From: an uncultured Bacteroidales bacterium
GTDB lineage: Bacteria; Bacteroidota; Bacteroidia; Bacteroidales; CAIXZF01
Length of the DNA stretch: 64,000 nucleotides
Assembly: GCA_903923925.1 (NCBI GenBank)
Contig: CAIXZF010000039.1
Location: forward strand, 7,778 to 71,777
Direction: 5' to 3'
Position numbers and translations under genes: made by a program. This document shows, one piece after another, positions 60,689 through 64,000 of the stretch. Within the stretch, counting starts at the first letter, position 1. Each line of letters begins with the position of its first letter. The notes under the pieces are model-generated. The model was given only the letters and a program-made list of their open reading frames with translations, ran no database searches and was not told the DNA's origin.

Positions 60689-62302
60689 ATATATCATTAA
60701 CCAAAAGAACTAAAGATGAAGCTAAAGCACGCGAAGAAGCCATCAGGAAAAAACATGATTTTTATCGTATTACAACAAAAAACGGCAAGCTGGAAAAGCT
60801 GTTCATTACAAAGGTGAAGTTTATTGATATGTTGAAGGACATGGGTTTTAGCCGTTATGATATTGATGAAGAAACCCACAAACTTATCCGATTGCAAGGG
60901 CGTAGGCTCGAAGAAGTAAATTCCACAACCATAGCAGATCACTTTTGCAAGTATGTAGACGAATTAGAAGAGTACGGTCACAAAGCCTATGAAGACGGCC
61001 TTGAAATTGAGATTATTATTGATTCCGAAATTCTTAAAGAAAAAGTTTACAACAGTCTGGAAACCCTTTTTGGAACAGTACTTTTAAAACGAATGCGCAT
61101 TGACGACCAGATTGTTTTCTGTCGTGATCTGAAAGGAATAAAGTACATTTTCTATCAAAATGGTTTTGTAGAAATTACAGCAGACAGCACGGAATTTAAG
61201 GAGTATGACCAGTTCAGGGCTATGTATGGAAAAATCAGATCATTTCCCGGCCATACATTCAGGCAGATGATAAACAGGGCGACTTTCATACATTTTGCTG
61301 GAATGTAGCCAATAAGGATCCAGAGCGATTTAAAAGCCTTCAAACAATAATAGGTTACAACCTGCATAACTTCATGCGAGGCAAACTCTTTTGTACAATT
61401 TTTACTGACAGCAGGATATCAGAGGATGGAGAGGCCAACGGCAGAACCGGAAAAACATTGATTGTGCGTGGACTTGGCAATATGCTTAATACAGATGAAC
61501 GTGCAACGGTATTTGTAGAAGTTAACGGAAAAGATTTCGACCCGAAAAATAAATTCAAGTTTTCACAATGTCGCCTGGACACACAGCTTATCCATATCAA
61601 TGATATTTTCAAGAACTATGATATTGATAATTCTTTCAACGACATAACGGATGGAATTAATGTTGACAAGAAGAACGATAAACCGTTCAAGATTTTTGCC
61701 AAGATGATCTTCAGTACAAACAAAACGATTCTGATCAACGGCGAAAGCTCGAAGGACAGGGTAAAGGTTTTCGAATTTGCCGATTATTACAGCAGCAAGT
61801 TCAGCCCTATCATGGAATTCAAACAATGGTTTTTCGATGATTGGAATGCAATGGAATATGCTCGTTTCGACAGATTTATGATGGTTGTGTTGAAATGTAT
61901 TTGAAGCATGGAGTAATTGAGGCCGGAACGATCAACCTTGAAGAAAAAACATTGGTTGACCATACAAGCCGAGATTTTATGAACTACATGAAAGATGTTT
62001 TTTCCCCTGGAGGCTTAACCTACTACGATGATTCAGACGAAGAACACAAATACCCTTTTCACATTGAAGTTTCACCAGGGAGAGAAGTAGGCAAGAAAGC
62101 ACTTTATGATTTTTATATGAAGCTCAATCCAGATTTGAACTGGTTAAAGCAGAAAAAGTTCACGAATTGGGTGAAGATGTTCGCAAAAAGCAAACACATT
62201 AAAATTGACGAAACCCGCAGCAATGGAAAGGATTACCTGATATTTTCGGGATATGCCACAATCAGTGATCCACAGGAAAATGAAGAAAAACAACCTTTTT
62301 AA
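60685..62302 (+). pseudogene. Phage/plasmid primase-helicase-family P-loop protein broken by two single-base deletions (real decay or assembly error)
   Basis: A -1 shift at ~61217 continues as GYVWKNQII...IGYNLHNF into ORF 61374 (Walker A NGRTGKT); a -1 shift at ~61883 continues as GCVEMYLKHG into ORF 61841; joined length ~539 aa. Confidence 0.8.
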
Positions 62303-62322
62303 GAACAAACTATTTATTTGAT

Positions 62323-62706
62323 ATGAAAAACGAGAAAGGAAAATTAACAGAAGCACTTAAATCTGCAAATAATTGGGCATTAAAGAATCTTGTCGGGAAA
62401 AAAGTTTATCAAAAAGATATCGATAATTACATAAATCTTAATATTAGTGGTTTAAATCATGCAATTTATGCAAAAACATATTTTGAAAAAATAGAGATGA
62501 TTTACAATGTTATTGAATTGATTGAAAAATCAACACTTTTTTCAATTGAAAAGGACAAAAAAGGTAGACCTGATATTAAAGCAATTTACAGATTTGTCTC
62601 AAACTGGAAATATAAAGGGAAGGAGTATTTTATTTACATAATTGTGAGGGAGGTAAAACAAGGGAAATTTTACTATGATCATGGCATTATAAAGGAAAAA
62701 CCTTAA
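62323..62706 (+). CDS. Stand-alone LPD3-like (BECR-fold) protein, putative RNase
   Basis: GLNHA, IELIEKS, YIIVRE...GKFYYDH C-terminal pattern recalled for Large Polyvalent-associated Domain 3. Confidence 0.7.
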   Translation: MKNEKGKLTEALKSANNWALKNLVGKKVYQKDIDNYINLNISGLNHAIYAKTYFEKIEMIYNVIELIEKSTLFSIEKDKKGRPDIKAIYRFVSNWKYKGKEYFIYIIVREVKQGKFYYDHGIIKEKP

Positions 62707-62765
62707 CAAGTCCCTGAGACCACTGTTAGTTGGGTTTTCAGCATTTATACCTGTTAAGGTTATCC
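62696..62765 (-). ncRNA. Candidate antisense structured small RNA overlapping the LPD3 stop codon
   Basis: Minus-strand -7 element TACATTTG (62771-62778); 13-bp closing stem AACCUUAACAGGU/ACUUGUUAAGGUU running into a U-tract. Confidence 0.45.
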
Positions 62766-62843
62766 AGCTACAAATGTACAAAATAAATAGGCATGGTAGT
62801 ATAATTTTCAAAATAATTAACACAGCACAAATAAACGAAAACA

Positions 62844-63020
62844 ATGGAACTAAAAGAATTTGCCCAGCTTGTAAAAAGCATGAGAGAAAACCAAAAAGAG
62901 TATTTCAAAACTCGGAGACCATCGGCAATGTATGCCAGCAAGGAGCTGGAAAGAAAGATTGACAAAGAAATTATCGCCATTTTAAAGCCACAGGAACAAA
63001 CAGAAAATGAGTTATTTTAA
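62844..63020 (+). CDS. 58-aa Bacteroidota phage-type protein, absent from the ORF track
   Basis: MELKEFAQLVKSMRENQKEYFKTRRPSAMYASKELERKIDKEI...ENELF; A-rich leader. Confidence 0.7.
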   Translation: MELKEFAQLVKSMRENQKEYFKTRRPSAMYASKELERKIDKEIIAILKPQEQTENELF

Positions 63021-63040
63021 CAATCTATAAAAAGCAAACA

Positions 63041-63739
63041 ATGAGTTTATCAAATTATTTCATGATTAATCTTCCATATGGAATTGAACGCATGGAAGGA
63101 ACAAATAGATGGGTAGCGTTTAACAGAGAATATTTGCCTTTAGGATCCACTTTTGACACAGTAGGAAAACAAGTGTCAACTTATACTGAATACAAAGAAA
63201 CAAGTGAGGAGGTACTTCTAAAGATAGCAACATTAGACGATTGTACGTTTTTTAAGAAAAATGTAAAAAGCGGAGTAATAAATAAAGTTTGGTTTTATAA
63301 TGATGCAACCAACCCTTTTAATGGTCAATCTATTACAGATAGGAAAATTCTTTGGGATAGATATATAAAAATATTAGAAATATTGTCTGAATTTACAATA
63401 GGATCTAGCATAAATCCAGTATTGGATCCTAGACAAGCGATTTTAGAACTTAAAGTATCATTTAATGATTTACCCAAAACAATTGACAATAGTTATTATG
63501 ACCCTGGAAATAGGGCAATAAGTGCTGCTGTTTTTGGACAATGGCAAGTAGACAAATACGGTAATATGGATTTTAATAATGGCGAATATGTCATTGAACA
63601 TGATCGTGTTTCGGAAGAAGATTGGATTGCACATTTGTTTACTAAACAATGGAATAACTGGAATGATTTTATTCCTGCATATTTTCAGGCATTGAAAAAT
63701 AAAGGAGTACAAAATATTAGTATTATCACTTTTTATTGA
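63041..63739 (+). CDS. Hypothetical two-domain protein
   Basis: N-half INLPYG...W.AFNREY.PLG...YND..NP; C-half GQWQV...Y.I...R..EEDWIAHL..K.W. Confidence 0.75.
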   Translation: MSLSNYFMINLPYGIERMEGTNRWVAFNREYLPLGSTFDTVGKQVSTYTEYKETSEEVLLKIATLDDCTFFKKNVKSGVINKVWFYNDATNPFNGQSITDRKILWDRYIKILEILSEFTIGSSINPVLDPRQAILELKVSFNDLPKTIDNSYYDPGNRAISAAVFGQWQVDKYGNMDFNNGEYVIEHDRVSEEDWIAHLFTKQWNNWNDFIPAYFQALKNKGVQNISIITFY

Positions 63740-63804
63740 TTACCATAAAAGAATAACAAAATGAAAATCTTCGCTAAAAACAAAAACCAATTAAAACCAA
63801 TAAA

Positions 63805-64000
63805 ATGAATGTTACAACAATTAAACACCTGATTAAGCTTAGCTTCACAAACAGGAGTAATGAAATGATAACCTTATCACTTGGAAAAGTAAAACCAGAT
63901 CTGAGAGAAAAGCTACAAGTATTGGGAATTGATGTTAAAGGATTTGAGCATATAATAGATAATTTCGCAATCAGACACACGGTTTTAGGGCATGGCAACG
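63805..64000 (+). CDS. PBECR3-like putative RNase (truncated by window end, absent from the ORF track)
   Basis: MNVTTIKHLIKLSFTNRSNEMITLSLGKVKPDLREKLQVLGIDVKGFEHIIDNFAIRHTVLGHGN...; GID..G..H.ID..AIRH...HG motif. Confidence 0.7.
   Translation, partial: MNVTTIKHLIKLSFTNRSNEMITLSLGKVKPDLREKLQVLGIDVKGFEHIIDNFAIRHTVLGHGN

Larger units (their letters stand above)
57263..64000. mobile_element. Left part of a prophage- or phage-satellite-like element (continues beyond the window)
   Basis: Abrupt switch from housekeeping genes to TA pair, divergent HTH pair, many short overlapping ORFs, P-loop replication gene and polyvalent-protein domains; left end inferred. Confidence 0.8.

Noticed and set aside
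61205-61890. Programmed ribosomal frameshifting in the replication gene
   Set aside because: No X XXY YYZ slippery heptamer at either break; two shifts in one P-loop protein fit indels better
62599-63998. ORF-track entries 62599-62844, 62768-62980, 62774-62962, 63470-63712 and 63774-63998
   Set aside because: Shadows or alternative frames of better-supported plus-strand genes (62323, 62844, 63041, 63805)

Overview
AT-rich chromosomal segment of a Bacteroidota (probably Bacteroidales) bacterium, judged from TAnnTTTG -7 promoter elements, T9SS C-terminal domains and gene content. Bases 1 to ~57.2 kb are mostly core genes: an XRE regulator flanked by TACAnnTGTA-type repeats, ndk, a DHH phosphoesterase, four FKBP PPIases, two glycosyltransferases, glgB, tRNA-Met, a uvrA/ECF-sigma/nth/bcp/recA cluster followed by an orphan DNA methyltransferase, feoAB, PAS/HK signalling genes, split transketolase, ligA, a tandem pair of T9SS-secreted gingipain-like proteases (one Kgp-type, one Rgp-type), rbfA, lgt and a TM2/DUF2752/DUF4870-M48 operon. 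From ~57.26 kb to the window end lies the left part of a prophage- or satellite-like element. It starts at a dif-like half-site, shows no integrase at this end, and carries a YafQ-type TA pair, a cI/cro-like switch, a doubly frameshifted P-loop replication protein, and stand-alone LPD3- and PBECR3-like putative RNase genes. The LPD3 gene is overlapped by a predicted antisense structured small RNA. All family assignments come from recalled motifs; no database searches were run.
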